From contig NC_069004.1 in the NCBI RefSeq assembly GCF_001194135.2, positions 28,153,428-28,217,427 of the forward strand: 64,000 nt of DNA, in the 5' to 3' direction. A model generated the notes under the pieces. It did not search any database and was not told where the DNA came from. It was given only the letters and a program-made list of their open reading frames with translations. Made by a program: the position numbers and the translations under genes. This DNA comes from Octopus bimaculoides. Its lineage: Eukaryota. Positions within the stretch are counted from its first letter, which is position 1, and each line of letters opens with the position of its first letter. Shown piece by piece: positions 63,831 to 64,000 of this stretch.

Positions 63831-64000
63831 TTGTATCACATTGTTAATACGAAAAGTAGGACACAGTATTGACTTATAAATCTTTAATATATTTGGTAAT
63901 TTATTATGGTTGCAAAATGAAATACAGTATTCCTACCAAAAATTTATATATGTATTATAGGTGTAGGCTATGGTTGTGTGGTAAGAAGCTTGCTTCCCGA

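Noticed and set aside
1-64000. CRISPR arrays, rRNA, operon-like systems
   Set aside because: Eukaryotic intron-like DNA; no repeat-spacer arrays or rRNA sequence seen.

Overview
AT-rich, repeat-saturated animal genomic DNA from a gappy draft assembly (19 N-gaps, about 6 kb, almost all flanked by microsatellites). The SINE/LINE repertoire and the one recognisable exon point to an octopus-type cephalopod (inference from remembered repeat families, not a search). The only confidently coding host sequence is the first coding exon of alpha-1,6-fucosyltransferase FUT8 (52071-52270, +); its next exon was not found in the window. A CpG-enriched unique stretch at about 30.0-30.2 kb has outward-facing splice donors on both strands and may be a head-to-head promoter for FUT8 and a minus-strand spliced transcript of uncertain coding status. 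The rest is intron-like: roughly 30 copies of one microsatellite-carrying tRNA-SINE, several other SINE families, relics of RTE, CR1, R4/Dong and Penelope-like retroelements, mariner/hAT/piggyBac ends and foldback MITEs. The most unusual signal is a set of minimal type I hammerhead ribozyme motifs of the Penelope-like class (two with fully intact cores, one family with a U3-A8 core variant and covarying stems). One of them sits in a complete TSD-flanked foldback element that joins a tRNA-derived Pol III promoter to a hammerhead-bearing Penelope-type tail (34311-34821). Nearly all ORFs in the supplied track are microsatellite or gap artefacts. Coordinates of degenerate repeats are approximate (read by eye).
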